From Heptranchias perlo (taxonomy: Eukaryota), in the NCBI RefSeq assembly GCF_035084215.1, contig NW_027139581.1, forward strand, positions 1,116,001-1,180,000: DNA of 64,000 nt, in the 5' to 3' direction. The position numbers and the translations under genes are program-made. This document shows, piece by piece, positions 12,734 through 24,679 of this stretch. The number at the start of each line of letters is the position of its first letter. The first letter of the stretch is position 1. The notes under the pieces are model-generated. The model worked only from the letters and a program-made list of their open reading frames with translations. It had not been told where the DNA came from and made no database searches.

Positions 12734-13860
12734 TTCAAAAGGCTTTTGATAAAGTGCCGCATGGTAGGCTTATCATCAGGATTGCGGCCCCTGGAATAAA
12801 GAGAGCAGTAGCAACATGGATACAGAATTGACTAAGGGACAGGAAAGAGAGATAACTGGTGAATGGTTGTTTTTCACACTGGAAGGAGGTGTCCAATGGC
12901 GTTCCCCAGGGGTCGGTGCTGGGACCACTGCTTTTCTTGATATATATTAATGACTTGGACTTGGAAGTCCAGGGCACAATTTGTAAATTTGCAGGTAACA
13001 CAAAACTTGAAGGAGTCGTAAAGAGTGCGGAGGATAGTGATAGACTTCAAGGGAATATGGACTGGCTGGTGGAATGGGCGGATACATGGCAGGTGAAATT
13101 TAACGCAGAATAATACGAAGTCATACATTTTGGTCGGAAGAATGAGATGAGGCAATATAACTTAGAGGCCAAAAGTCTAAAGGGGGTGCAGGAGCAGAGA
13201 GATCTGGGGGTGTATGCGCACAAATCGTTGAAGGTGGCAGGGCAGGTTGAGAAAGTGGTTAAAAAAGCATACGGGATCTTTGGCTTTTTTAATCGAGGCA
13301 CGGAGTACAAAAGTATGGAAGTCATGACAAAGCTTTATAAAACACTGGTTCGGCCTCAACTGGAGTATTGTGTCCAGTTCTGGGCACCGCACTTTAGGAA
13401 AGATGTGAAGGCCTTCGAGAGGGTGCAGAAGAGATTTATTAGAATGATTCCAGTGATGAGGGTATTTAGTTCCGTGGATAGACTGGAGAAGCTGGGGTTG
13501 TTCTCCTTGGAACAGAGACGGTTGAGGGGAGATTCGATGGAGATCATCAAAATCATGAAAGTTCTGGACAGAGTGGATAGAGAGAAACTGTTCCCATTTG
13601 CGGAAGGGACAAGAACCAGAGGACATCGATTTAAGGTGATTGGCAGAAGAACCAAAGGTGACATTAGGAAAATGCACTGCCCGAGGGGGTGGTGGCGGCA
13701 GATTCAATCATGGCTTTCAAAACGGAACAGGATATGTACTTGAAAGGAAAAAAATATCAGGGCTGCGGGGATTGGGATGAGCTGGAATGCTCTTGCATGG
13801 AGCCGGCACGGACCGAATGGCCGAATCGCCTCCTTCCGTGCTGTCTCCTTTCCATGTTTC
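12734..13860 (+). mobile_element. CR1 LINE, 5'-truncated (RT C-terminal half and 3' UTR)
   Basis: GVPQGSVLGPLLFLIYINDL and [19 protein letters not shown] motifs. Confidence 0.9.
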
Positions 13861-13912
13861 TCTCATTCAAATGGAAGAGGAGTGACAATGAGCAGTATCA
13901 AAATGGAGCAAC

Positions 13913-13995
13913 GACCAGGAGTGGAGTTCGAACCCACGCGGGTATAAACCCATTGGATCTTAAGTCCAACGCCTTAACCACTCGGCCATCCTGGT
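13913..13995 (-). tRNA. trnL-UAA: tRNA-Leu(UAA), possibly a variant or pseudogene
   Basis: ACCAGGATGGCCGAGTGGTTAAGGCGTTGGACTTAAGATCCAATGGGTTTATACCCGCGTGGGTTCGAACTCCACTCCTGGTC folds as a type II cloverleaf with anticodon TAA. A TTTT terminator lies at 13900-13903. It has C61>T and a C discriminator. Confidence 0.88.
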
Positions 13996-15639
13996 CTCTT
14001 CACAGTTTGGTGTGGTGTGTAATATTCTTGAGTCTCACTGCTTCATTTTCATTGTCAGTCAAAGTCCAGGATGAAATGATGTGTGGAGCGGGGAATGTGT
14101 GACAGAGAGAAACTCTGAGAAGCGTTGAAGAAGTGACACACACGCTCAGACACATGACACACACACATACAGCCAGGTACACCTCTATGTGTGAGTGTGT
14201 GATGTGTCTGAAAGTTTGTTGAACTTTCCACGGGCCACTGTTGAAAGACGACTCACTGTTCACATTTCCATCTCTCTGTTAGTTAAGATCCAGAATAAAG
14301 TGATGTGAGGTGCGAGGAAAAGAGTGATAAAGAGAGACACTCAGAAAGAGAGAGAGACACTGGGACAGAAAGAGACTCTCTCGGTCTGTCTGAGTCTGTG
14401 TCAGTCTCTCTCCCTCCATCTGTCCAATACCCGCAGATTTGAGAATCACAGGGTCAAAGAAGGAAACAGATTGGAACACATTGAGCCTGTGTCCTGTTTC
14501 AAAACCGACTCCCAGGAAAACGGCTCCGGTAGAATCGTTAAATGGTCAAAGTTTTTCCGGCGAGTTTGACCTCCTCCCTGAGATGGGGAGACACGGGGAC
14601 GTGGGGCGATTAAAAGGCTTCAGAAAAATCATTTCGAATTGGATATTCTCCATCGTGGTGAGATATCCCTCCTTATCCAGGGATTTAGCTCCCCGACGGG
14701 GAGGGAACATTTTTAAGAGGCCGACTACAATTTTTAATCCTTTGCCTCGCTTCTTCTTCAAAAACGACAGAGAGAAATAGAGCAGAAAAAGAATGAAACA
14801 GGTGATTATCATTTTCAGAATATTATTGAGCGGCGACTGTTTGGGGACTGAATTCTTGGGGCCCGTCTGTTGCAGAGCACAAATGTGTTCCGAACTGTTT
14901 CCTTCTTGGACCCTGTGATTCTCAGAGAGAGACAGAGGGAGAGAGAGAGAGAGAGAAAGGGGGAGAGAGAGAGACAGAGAGAGAGAGACAAAGACTGATC
15001 CTGAGAGATTTAACGATTAAGCCTCTGTTTGCAATGTACCTGTATGTGTGTGTCTCACTTTTTCTAACGTTTTCTGAGTGAGTCTCTGTTTCTCTGTCTT
15101 TCTCTCTCTGTCACTCTCTCCCGCTCTCCCCACATCACTTTATTCTCGACCTTGACGAACAGAAAGATGGAAATGTGAAAGGTGAGTTTTCTTTTAACAG
15201 TGGCCCGTGGAAACCAGGGTTCAATTTCCCGTCTGGGAGGTTACAGTTTTATTGCCTTTAAAAGCTTCACTTTCATTCCTCTTGCAATTTATCTCCAAGA
15301 GGAGGTTTACCAGAAAGATCCCACATACAACAATGAAATGGATGGCCAGTTAATCTGCGTTTTGGTGGTGTTAGTTGAGGGAGGAATGATAATTTCCTTA
15401 ATAATGGATTCTAGCATTTTCATTTTAGACACACACATACACAGCCAGGTACACACGCAGACACTGATATACAAACAGATACACACACACAGGTACACAC
15501 ACAGAGAGACAGACACGTACGTGTAGATTGAAAAACAGAGATGAAAGGTCATCAAATAAATGGTTAAAATAGATTCACTGAACTTTCAAGCGTGTCTAAC
15601 GCCATCTTGGGTGAGTGTCCATTATGGATTTGTACCGAT

Positions 15640-15703
15640 TCCTCGGTCGTCTATATCCCCGCTTATCACGAGGGAAACCTGGGTTCAATTTTTCGACGGG
15701 GAT
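15640..15703 (+). pseudogene. tRNA-Asp(GUC)-derived pseudogene
   Basis: TCCTCG...TATCCCCGCTTATCACGAGGGAAACCTGGGTTCAATTTTTCGACGGGGA resembles vertebrate tRNA-Asp with part of the D arm deleted. Further 3'-half remnants lie at about 14680-14703 and 15205-15240. Confidence 0.7.
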
Positions 15704-15834
15704 GTTATAAATGTGCTGCCTTTAAAAGCTTCACGTTCATTTCTCTTGCAGTTTTCTGAGTGCTTCTCTCTCGTTCTCGCTGTCACTCATTCCCCCGCTC
15801 CCAACAGTGTTTTACTCAGGACCTCTGACTCACA

Positions 15835-16775
15835 AAGTAGGTTAGTAAGTTTGCAGATGACACCAAGATTGGTGGCATTGTGGACAGTGAAGAAGGTTAT
15901 CTAGAATTGCAACGGGATCTTGATAAATTGGGCCAGTGGGCCGATGAATGGCAGATGGAGTTTAATTTAGATAAATGTGAGGTGATGCATTTTGGTAGAT
16001 CGAATCGGGCCAGGACCTACTCCGTTAATGGTAGGGCGTTGGGGAGAGTTATAGAACAAAGAGATCTAGGAGTACAGGTTCATAGCTCTTGGAAGTGGAG
16101 TCACAGGTGGATAGGGTGGTGAAGAAGGCATTCGGCATGCTTGGTTTCATTGGTCAGAACATTGAATGCAGGAGTTGGGATGTCTTGTTGAAGTTGTACA
16201 GGGCATTGGTGAGGCCACACTTGGAATACTGTGTACAGTTCTGGTCACCCTATTATAGAAAGGATATTATTAAACTAGAAAGAGTGCAGAAAAGATTTAC
16301 GAGGATGCTACCGGGACTTGATGGTTGACTTATAGGGAGAGGTTAGACAGACTGGGACTTTTTTCCCTGGAGAGTAAGAGGTTAAGGGGTGATCTTATAG
16401 AAGTCTATAAAATAATGAGGGTCATAGATAAGGTAGATAGTCAAAATCTTTTCCCAAAGGTAGGGGAGTCGACAACGAGGGGGCTTAGATTTAAGGTGAG
16501 AGGGGAGAGATACAAAAGGGTCCAGAGGGGCAATTTTTTCACTCAAAGGGTGGTGAGTGTCTGGAACGAGCTGCCAGAGGCAGTAGTAGAGGCGGGTACA
16601 ATTTTGTCTTTTAAAAAGCATTTGGACAGTTACATGGGTAACATGGGTATAGACGGATATGGGCCAAGTGCAGGCAATTGGGACTAGCTTAGTGGTATAA
16701 ACTGGGCGACATGGACATGTTGGGCCGAAGGGCCTGTTTCCATGTTGTAACTTCTATGATTCTATGATTCTATAA
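15835..16775 (+). mobile_element. CR1 LINE 3' fragment, relatively young
   Basis: KFADDTK and [19 protein letters not shown] motifs, with a (TTCTATGA)n tail at about 16752-16775. Confidence 0.9.
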
Positions 16776-17021
16776 AGTGATGGAAAATGACACAGAGCCG
16801 CAGAACTGGTCCAGTTATCAGCCGTCGCTCAGTGGGCAGCACTCTCGGCAGCGAGCACACAATCTGCTCAAAGAAGGCTTGTCTTTCACATTTCTATCTC
16901 TTTGTCAGTAAAGATGAAATGATGTGCGGAGCGGGGGAAAGAGTGACAGAGAGAAAGAAAGAGAGAGAGACACTCTGAAAAGCTTTGAAGAAGTGAGACA
17001 CACCCAGATAGACACACAGCC

Positions 17022-17965
17022 ATCATAGAATCTTAGAAAATTTGCGGCACAGAAGGAGGCCATTCGGCCCATCGTGTCCGCGCCATCTGAGAAATGAGCA
17101 ACCCAGCCGAATCCAACTTTCCCGCATTTGGCCGGTAGCCCTGCAGGTCACGGCTCTTCAGGTGCGCATTCAGGTATTTTTAAAAATGAGTTGAGGGTTT
17201 CTGCCTCTATCACCCTCCAAGGCAGTGAGTTCCAGATCCCCACCACATTCTGGGTGAAAAAATGTTTCTACATTTCCGCTAATCCTTCTACCAATCACTT
17301 TAAATCTCTGCTGCCTTGTTATTGAAGCCTCCGCTAAGGGAAATAGGTCCTTCCTATCCACTCTATCTAGGTCCCTCATAATTTTGTACACCTCAATCAA
17401 ATCACCCCTCAGCCTCCTCTGTTCCAAGGAAAACAACTCCAAACTATCCAATCTGTCTTCATAGCTAAAATGCTCCAGTCCAGGCAGCATCCTAATAAAT
17501 CTCCTCTGCACCCTGTCTATTGTAATTACATCCTTCATTTAATGTGGTGACCAGAACTGTGCGCAGTACTCAAGCTGTGGCCTAACTCGTATTTTATACA
17601 GTTCTGGCATAACCTCCCTGCTTTTATATTCTATGCCTCGGCTAATAAATTGTAAACAATTTTACAACACCAAGTTATAGTCCAGCAATTTTATTTTAAA
17701 TTCACAAGCTTTCGGCTAATAAAGGAAAGTATCCCGTCTGCCTTCTTAACCACCTTATCTACCTGTCCTGCTATCTTCAGGAATCGGTGGACATGCACTT
17801 CAAAGTCCCTCAATTCCTCTACACCTTTCAGTATCCTCCCATTTATTTTGTATTCCCTTGCCTTGTTTGCTTTCCCCAATTGCATTACCTTTACACTTCC
17901 CTGGATTGAGCTCCATTTGCCACTTATCTGCCCATCTGACCAGTCCATTGATATCTTCCTGCTTT
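17022..17965 (-). mobile_element. CR1 LINE 3' fragment
   Basis: RVQRRFIRMLPG...LRGDLIEVYKI on the minus strand; contains a 62-bp insert at 17650-17711. Confidence 0.88.
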
Positions 17966-17984
17966 CGTTTTCCAAACTTCACTG

Positions 17985-19440
17985 GATACAACCATATTGC
18001 CAGAGGATTGGAGGACTGCTAATGTTGCACTGTTGTTTGAAAAGGGACCGAAAGATAGGCCAGTCATTCTCACCTCGGTGGTGGGCAAATTATCGGAATC
18101 AATTCTGAAGGACAGGATAAACTGTCATTTAAAAGGCACGGACTAATCAAGGACAGTCAGCACGGATTTGTTAAGGGGAGGTTGCGTCTGACTGACTTGA
18201 ATGAATTTTTCGAGGAGGTGACAGGGAGGATCGATGAGGGTAGCGCAATTGATGTAGTCTACATGGATTTTAGCAAGGCTATTGACAAGGTCCCACATGG
18301 AAGATTGGTCAAAAAAGTAAAGGCCCATGGGTTCCAAGGGAATGTGGCAAATTGGATCCAAAATTGGCTCAGTTGCAGGGAGGAAAGGGTTAACGTCGAC
18401 GGGTGTTTTTGTGACGAGAAGGCTGTTTCCAGTGGGGTGCCGCAGGGCTCCTGTATTAGGCTCTTTGCTTTTTCTGGTTTACATTAACGATTTGGGCTTA
18501 AACGTAGGGGGCATGATTAAGAAATTTGCGGATGACACAAAGATAAGCCGTGCGGTTGACAGTGAGGAAGAAAGCTATAGACTGCAGGAAGATATCAATG
18601 GATGGTCAGATGGGCAGAAAAGTGGCAAATAGAATTCAATCCGGAGAATTGTGAGGTAATGCATTTGGAAAGGGCAAACAAGGCAAGGGAGTACACAATA
18701 AATAGGATGATACTGAGAGGTGCAGAGGAATTGAGGGACCTTGGAGTGCATGTCCACAGATCTCTGAAGGTGGCAGGACAGGTGGATATAGTGGTTAAAA
18801 AGACATACGGAATGCTTACCTTTATTAGCCGAGGCATAGAATGCAAAATCATGGATGTTATGGTAGAACTGTATAAAACACTAGTTAGGCCACAGCTTGA
18901 GTACTGCGCACAGTTCTGGTCACCAAATTACAGGAAGGATGGAATTGCACTAGAGAGGGTGCAGAGGAGATTTAGTAGGATGTTGCCAGGATTGGAGAAT
19001 TTTAGCTCTGATGACAGATTGGACAGGCTGGGGTTGTTTTCCTTGGAACAGAGGACGCTGAGGGTTGATTTGATTGAGGTGTACAAAATTATGAGGGGCC
19101 GAGAAAGAGTGGATAGGAAGGACCTATTTCCCTCAGCGGAGGCGTCAATAAGCAAGGAGCATAGATTTAAAGTGATTGGTATTACTTTTAGGATTAGAGC
19201 GGAAATGAGGAAAAAAAATTCACCCAGAGGTTGGTGGGGGTCTCGAACTCACTGCCTGAAAGAGTTGTTTGAGGCAGAAACCCTTAACTCATTTCAACAA
19301 TACCTGGATGTGCACCTGCAGAGCTGCGGACCAAATGCGGGAAAGTGGGATTAGGCCGGGTGTCTCGGTTCTCAGCCAGCGCAGACAGGAAAGGCCGAAT
19401 GGCCTCCTTCTGTGCCATAAATTTTCAATGCTTCTATAAA
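17985..19440 (+). mobile_element. CR1 LINE RT and 3' end
   Basis: DVVYMDFSKAIDKVPH, KFADDTK and LVRPQLEYC motifs. Confidence 0.9.
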
Positions 19441-20269
19441 CAATAAAATGTATTCAGATATTGGAGCAGACTGTAAATATTGTATTGGACATTGAAATTC
19501 CTCCAAAGCCGATGAATGAGATGAAGTGATAAAATAATGGGGTAACACTGGAACATAACAGGGGGTTGAAATTAAAGTAAAGAGGGGCATAGATATTTGG
19601 ATTTTCAATGTGCAGGGTTAGGTTCCTTTGAGTTAAAAATTAAATTGGGCTGGGGGGAAATAATACTCAGCAAAAAATTATCCATAAGGTGGATATTAGC
19701 AACAGGATAACTGGAGAATCTTTAAAGTCCATGACTTCTTGATAATATGGCACACCTTAGTTTCCTGTACAGGGTATTATGATTTTCTTTGTCTATATCA
19801 TAATGTATAATATTAACCAAATGAAACTTGGAGCAATATGTACATGTCTTTCTGTGCTTATGTAAATCTGATGATGATAAAATATAAACTCAGGATGATC
19901 TTAGGCAGTGTGGTTTCACTCAGGTTCAAGAGGAGGGACTTTAAGAATATGGTTTAAAACTAGTTAAGTGTCCCACCTCGCATAGCTCGCATAATGCCCG
20001 AGACATTTAGCAAGAGGGTGATGTTGAGGGGGGCATGGTTCAGCATCTCAAGAGATGTGGTAACCAAAGACCTCCGCATTCCTCAGAGGAACAAATAGCT
20101 TGTAAACAGCGATAAAGGCTAATAACTACTCATATCGGAATCACGTGGAAGTAATTATTGGAGGATTAAAAACCCCTTTGTTGCCACAGTAACAGAAAAA
20201 TCTGCTAATATTGTGTATCATTTGTCGTTCGGGTTCTAATTATTTGTGGTGCATTGACCACATTAAACA

Positions 20270-20945
20270 GCTGACTGTTCGCAAACTTGGCGCCCGATTT
20301 GACCCTCAGCTGAGCTTCCAACCTCATGTCGTCTTCATCACCAAGACCGCCTACTTCCACTTCCGTCACATCGCCCGTCTCCGCCCTTGCCTCAGCTAAC
20401 CATGTCTTTGTTACCAATAGACTCAACTATTCCATTGATCTCCTGGATTATCTCGCACGTTGCACCCTCTGTAAACTTGAGCTCATCCAAAACTTTGTTG
20501 CCCATAACCTATCTCGCACCAAGTCCCGTTCACCCATCACCCCTGTACTCGCTGACCCACATTGGCTCCCAATCCAACAATGCTTCTATGGCCTCACCCC
20601 TCCCTTTGTTTGTAACTTCCTCCAGCCCGAAAATCTCCTGGGATCTCTGTTCCTCTTGCGCATCCCCGATTTTAATCGCTCCACCATTGGCGGTCGTACC
20701 TTCGGCTGTCTACGCCCTACACTGTGGAGTTCCCTCCCTAAACCTCTCTGCGTCTCTATCTCTCTCTCCTCCTTTAAGATGCTCCTTAAAACCTTCCTCT
20801 TTGATTAAGCTTTTGGTCACCTGTCCTGATATCTCCTTATGTGTCTTGGTGTCAAGTTGTGTTTGATAATCGCTTCTGTGAAGCGCCTTGTGGCGTTTTA
20901 TTGCGTTAAAGGCGCCATATAAATGCAAGATGTTGTTGTTTGTAT
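20270..20945 (+). mobile_element. L2-like LINE 3' end with (GTT)n tail
   Basis: TAYFHFRHIARLRP and ITPVLADPHWLPI motifs; tail GCGCCATATAAATGCAAGATGTTGTTGTT. Confidence 0.8.
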
Positions 20946-21261
20946 TGTTAACAGAATTTAGCATGTGACTGCGGCGGACCATAACGTGAGAGGAGACTGC
21001 GAGGTGCGCCTGGTGACTGCACAGTCATTTCGCCTCTGGAGCTTGACATGAAAAGATAGAGGTCGCTTTTCTCTGATGGGACACTAGGTGGCGCAGTGGG
21101 TCCTTAACTGAAGGGTCCTGGGTTCAAACACAACCCAAACAGGACGGATGCAAAATATCTGTCAGGGAAAAAGAATTGATATCGGCAAAATGTAACAATG
21201 TGGCTTAATCTTGGAGAAAGAAATTCAGCAAAGTCCAAATTAGTCCATTTGTCATTCAAGA

Positions 21262-21267
21262 TTTATT
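21262..21267 (-). terminator. polyA signal (AATAAA) for the membrane IgM transcript; alternative at 21473-21478
   Basis: TTTATT on the + strand downstream of TM2. Confidence 0.55.
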
Positions 21268-21695
21268 AACAATTTAAAAGTTTACAATTTACAAAGAAGT
21301 TTTAAAAAGTTAACACGAACTGAATGTAACAACTCAGTGTCACATTGAGAATAGAACAGAGCCGGTCTGAGCTGCCAGCTGTCTGCACAACTGCAACAGA
21401 CAGCAGAGAAGGAAAACAGAGGCTCAACATAAAGGGAAGGAAACAATTGTGGATAAGAAATGAGAAAAAATATTTATTTACACATGAATTATTAAAACAA
21501 AGGTGAAAGGGGACTCAAACTCTAAGAATCATTTACATTATAGCGATGGTTATCTCACACATTAATAAACATTTCAATCAGAAAGACGGAAATCCCGTTG
21601 ATGTTTTTCTCAGCTATAGATGTCGATATATTAACTGACGGCGTTTCACTTTGAGATGTTAATAAACAGATGTGCAAAATCCGAAATTCAACCGA

Positions 21696-21704
21696 TCACT
21701 TTAC
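21696..21704 (-). CDS. IGHM: IgM heavy chain TM2 exon (VK*)
   Basis: ttacag|GTA AAG TGA gives the canonical KVK cytoplasmic tail. Confidence 0.9.
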   Translation of the reverse strand, partial: VK

Positions 21705-21843
21705 CTGTAAAAGAGGGATAAAAGAATGAAGCAGATATTTAGTGGTCCGTGCATTTATCTCAGGGTTTTTATGAATGAAACTTTTAGAGGCTTTTCAAAC
21801 CGCTTCATTCAGATCAAAGTGTCACTGGATTGAATCTTCTCAC

Positions 21844-21971
21844 CTTCACCAGAGTGACGACAGCGCTGTAGAAAATGCTCAGGAAGAACAGAATGATGAA
21901 TGTGGAAGCGGTTGTCCAGATGTTGCCGCTCTCTTCCTCATAGTCTTCGACCCAGACCTGGTTTATGGAAT
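21844..21971 (-). CDS. IGHM: IgM heavy chain TM1 exon
   Basis: cccgtag|(D)SINQVWVEDYEEESGNIWTTASTFIILFFLSIFYSAVVTLVK|gtgag carries the CART motif. Phase 1 matches the internal CH4 donor at 23978. Confidence 0.95.
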
Positions 21972-23377
21972 CTACGGGGATGGAGAGGAGGAAATATATT
22001 CAGATCGTTTATTAAACCAGGATATATTATTATTATTTATTTCTTTCTTTCCTCACTGTATTATTTTGGTCTCTAATTTAATTTCCAAGGTGTATCTTTT
22101 GTTCAGTTAATCCCGCTCAGTAATCTGTCTCTGTTCCTAACTTCACAGCCTCGCTTCCTTTATGATCCTCATACATTCCGTGTTGGTAAAGGTGATTTTT
22201 TTTCTTAATTGTCAGACACTAATGTATTTTCAATCGATTTCGTAGATCGATCATTCGGGGATATTATGGTGAGATATCGAGGGATGTTCAGTGATTTATG
22301 TCGATTATTTTATCGATAGGTTTCGATATCTCCTATTTGACGGCTGGCATGGTGCTGGGTAAGAGATCGGATGTTAGTTCCAATCTTGGTCGTTTATTTG
22401 TGATGGAAATACTTTGAACATTATCTATCTGTATCAGTTTCCAACTGAGATAATTGCTTCAGTGCATGTATAGGGAGCAGGAAGATGTTATGGTATCAAA
22501 GTTTCTCAGAATACCAAGAACTGGGTTTTAGAAAATCGGTCCATTTCTTGTATTTTTAACGATCAGTTCAGTGAGATTAGTTAGTTTTCCCACTTCAGGA
22601 TATGAAAGTGGCTTTTCCCGGCTGTCAGAAATTCGGACAGCTCTGGGCACGGCCTGTGACAATGAACGACCACCTGCTCTGGAATATTGATCTCCAGCGG
22701 TTTCCAATGTGCTCTGTTTCAGGGACAAAGTGTGGGTGCAATCGTTATCACCTCAAAGACTAGGTCAATGTAGTTTAGATTATTGACGCTAAACCTCTCA
22801 TCTCAAGTTTAGTCAGGCAATGTTTTCTCAATCCCCCTGAATAGATATTTTTATTCATAAATAGTTATTTAATAAGTTGATTTATTTGATGTAAAGCGAC
22901 GTTTATATTTGCAGACCATGTGGTTCTGTTATTTAGAAACTGACTGCCCGCTGGTCCCGGGGGTTCGTGGACAACAGAAGGGCAGTGTCTGTCTCTCTTT
23001 CATGAGGACAGGAGAGATGGTCTGTGCCGACCAATGCCCTTCCGTCACTACTGTCTACATTCAATGCAGTGAAGATAGAAATGCAACATTTTATTGGATA
23101 GAAATGATCCTCTGCATGTTGCTTTAATGGTCTTCTGTTAAATTAGTTGGAGTGGCCTCACAATAGTTCCCAACGGGCATCATCTAACAGCGCAAAACTG
23201 GCTTCAATCGGAAGAAATCGGTGTAATGACGAAGAGAAGCCGCAATGTATTGTTTTTGTGGGAATTGGAAACAGCCATTGTGTTGTGTTTGGAAGCGGTT
23301 TTCTTATATTAGGGTTAAGGGGTCTGGTAGTGGAAGCACCTTTAGTCTGCATTTAGCTTGTGCTGTAAATAAGCTCG

Positions 23378-23790
23378 AAGGGCGGAATATCGAAGGTTAA
23401 CGGGTGATTTGAATGAGATTTTTAAGATTTTGAAAGGAATTGATAGGGTAGATAGAGAGAAGAATTTCCCGCTGGCGGGGGAGTCTAGGACAAGGGGACA
23501 TAACCTTAAAATCAGAGCCAGGCCATTCAGGAGAGAAGTTCGGAAACATTTCTTCACACACCGGGTGGGAGAAGTGTGGAACTCTCTCCCACAAAAAGCA
23601 GTCGATGCTCAATTAATAATTTTAAAGCTGATTTATTTTTGCTAACCAAGGGTATTAAGGGATCTGGAGCCAAGGCGGGTGGATGGAGTTAGGATACAGA
23701 TCAGCCATGATCTCAATGAATGGGGGAACAGGCTCGAAGGGCTGAATGGCCTCCTCCTGTTCTTGCGTTCCAACGGAATGTTGGCGCATT
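23378..23790 (+). mobile_element. CR1 LINE 3' end
   Basis: EIFKILKGIDRVDRE..FPLAGESRTRGH motif. Confidence 0.85.
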
Positions 23791-23876
23791 GGGTCTCCAA
23801 AGGGAACATATCCTGCTCCCGACCAACAAAAATAATTCAATTCCCATACATTTGACTCGTTAACAGAAAAAGGGTC

Positions 23877-23882
23877 TTTATT
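23877..23882 (-). terminator. polyA signal for secretory IgM
   Basis: AATAAA 33 nt after the secretory stop codon. Confidence 0.75.
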
Positions 23883-23915
23883 TGCTGTTAATTAAGGAAT
23901 GGAAATGAGATAATC

Positions 23916-24307
23916 TCATTGACAAGAATTCACGGTGTCCATCAGTACAAGGGAAATGTTCACAAAACTCGGTTTACCGCTCGATTTATTAACCGTTCTG
24001 CTCATTATCTTCAAGGGAATGGCTTCATGTCCGACCACACAGGAGTAAGAAGCACCGCTGGTCCAATCCTCCGTCTTAATGGATAACATGCTGTACATGA
24101 AGAAGGAGCTACTGTCGTTCTCCGCCATCACCTCAGTGTTCTTGTAGCCGCTGGAATTCAGCTTCTTGTTATTAACGGTCCACTTGACAAAGATCTCTCT
24201 GGGAGAGAAACCTCTCACTAAGCAGGTGAGGGTCATAGACCGCTGAGCGGAGATTTCTTCTGCTAACGGGAGGAGGACAAACACAGACGGTTCCTGTGGA
24301 TTTGGAT
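23916..24307 (-). CDS. IGHM: IgM CH4 plus secretory tailpiece
   Basis: [27 protein letters not shown]...[38 protein letters not shown]. Acceptor ttctgtag|AT at 24307; internal membrane donor G|GTAAA at 23978; NIS sequon and penultimate Cys. Confidence 0.96.
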
Positions 24308-24679
24308 CTACAGAAAAAAATGTTTGGATATTAATAAGTGAGAGGCGATCATAGAGGGAATAAAGCGCAGCTTTAGGTTGTGAAGATTCACTTTGCACTC
24401 CGAGATATCGTCCCCTTGCCTAATTTTAAAAACTCTGTTTGTTGCTTTGTGCACGAGTCACTTAAGGTGACATCTCTCCTCTCCTCTACGTGCCTTGAGA
24501 AGGCCATCGTTTGAGAAATGTAACTGAGTGGCTTGTAGATAATTTGAGAGGACAACTACATCGTCCTGGAGCAAAGCCACATGTGGCGAAGATCGCATAG
24601 GGGTGATAGCCTCCCTTCGGATATGGACAGTGAAAGGACAATGGAAAAAGAGTTCGGATTTTTAACGGTCAGTTCAGGA

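Noticed and set aside
22528-22728. 66-aa ORF between CH4 and TM1 as a possible extra exon
   Set aside because: It has no Ig or TM motif, and the phase-1 reading from the acceptor-like site hits a stop.
23251-23282. RSS-like CACAATG...ACAAAAACA in the CH4-TM1 intron (minus strand)
   Set aside because: The spacer is 16 bp, so it is neither a 12- nor a 23-RSS.
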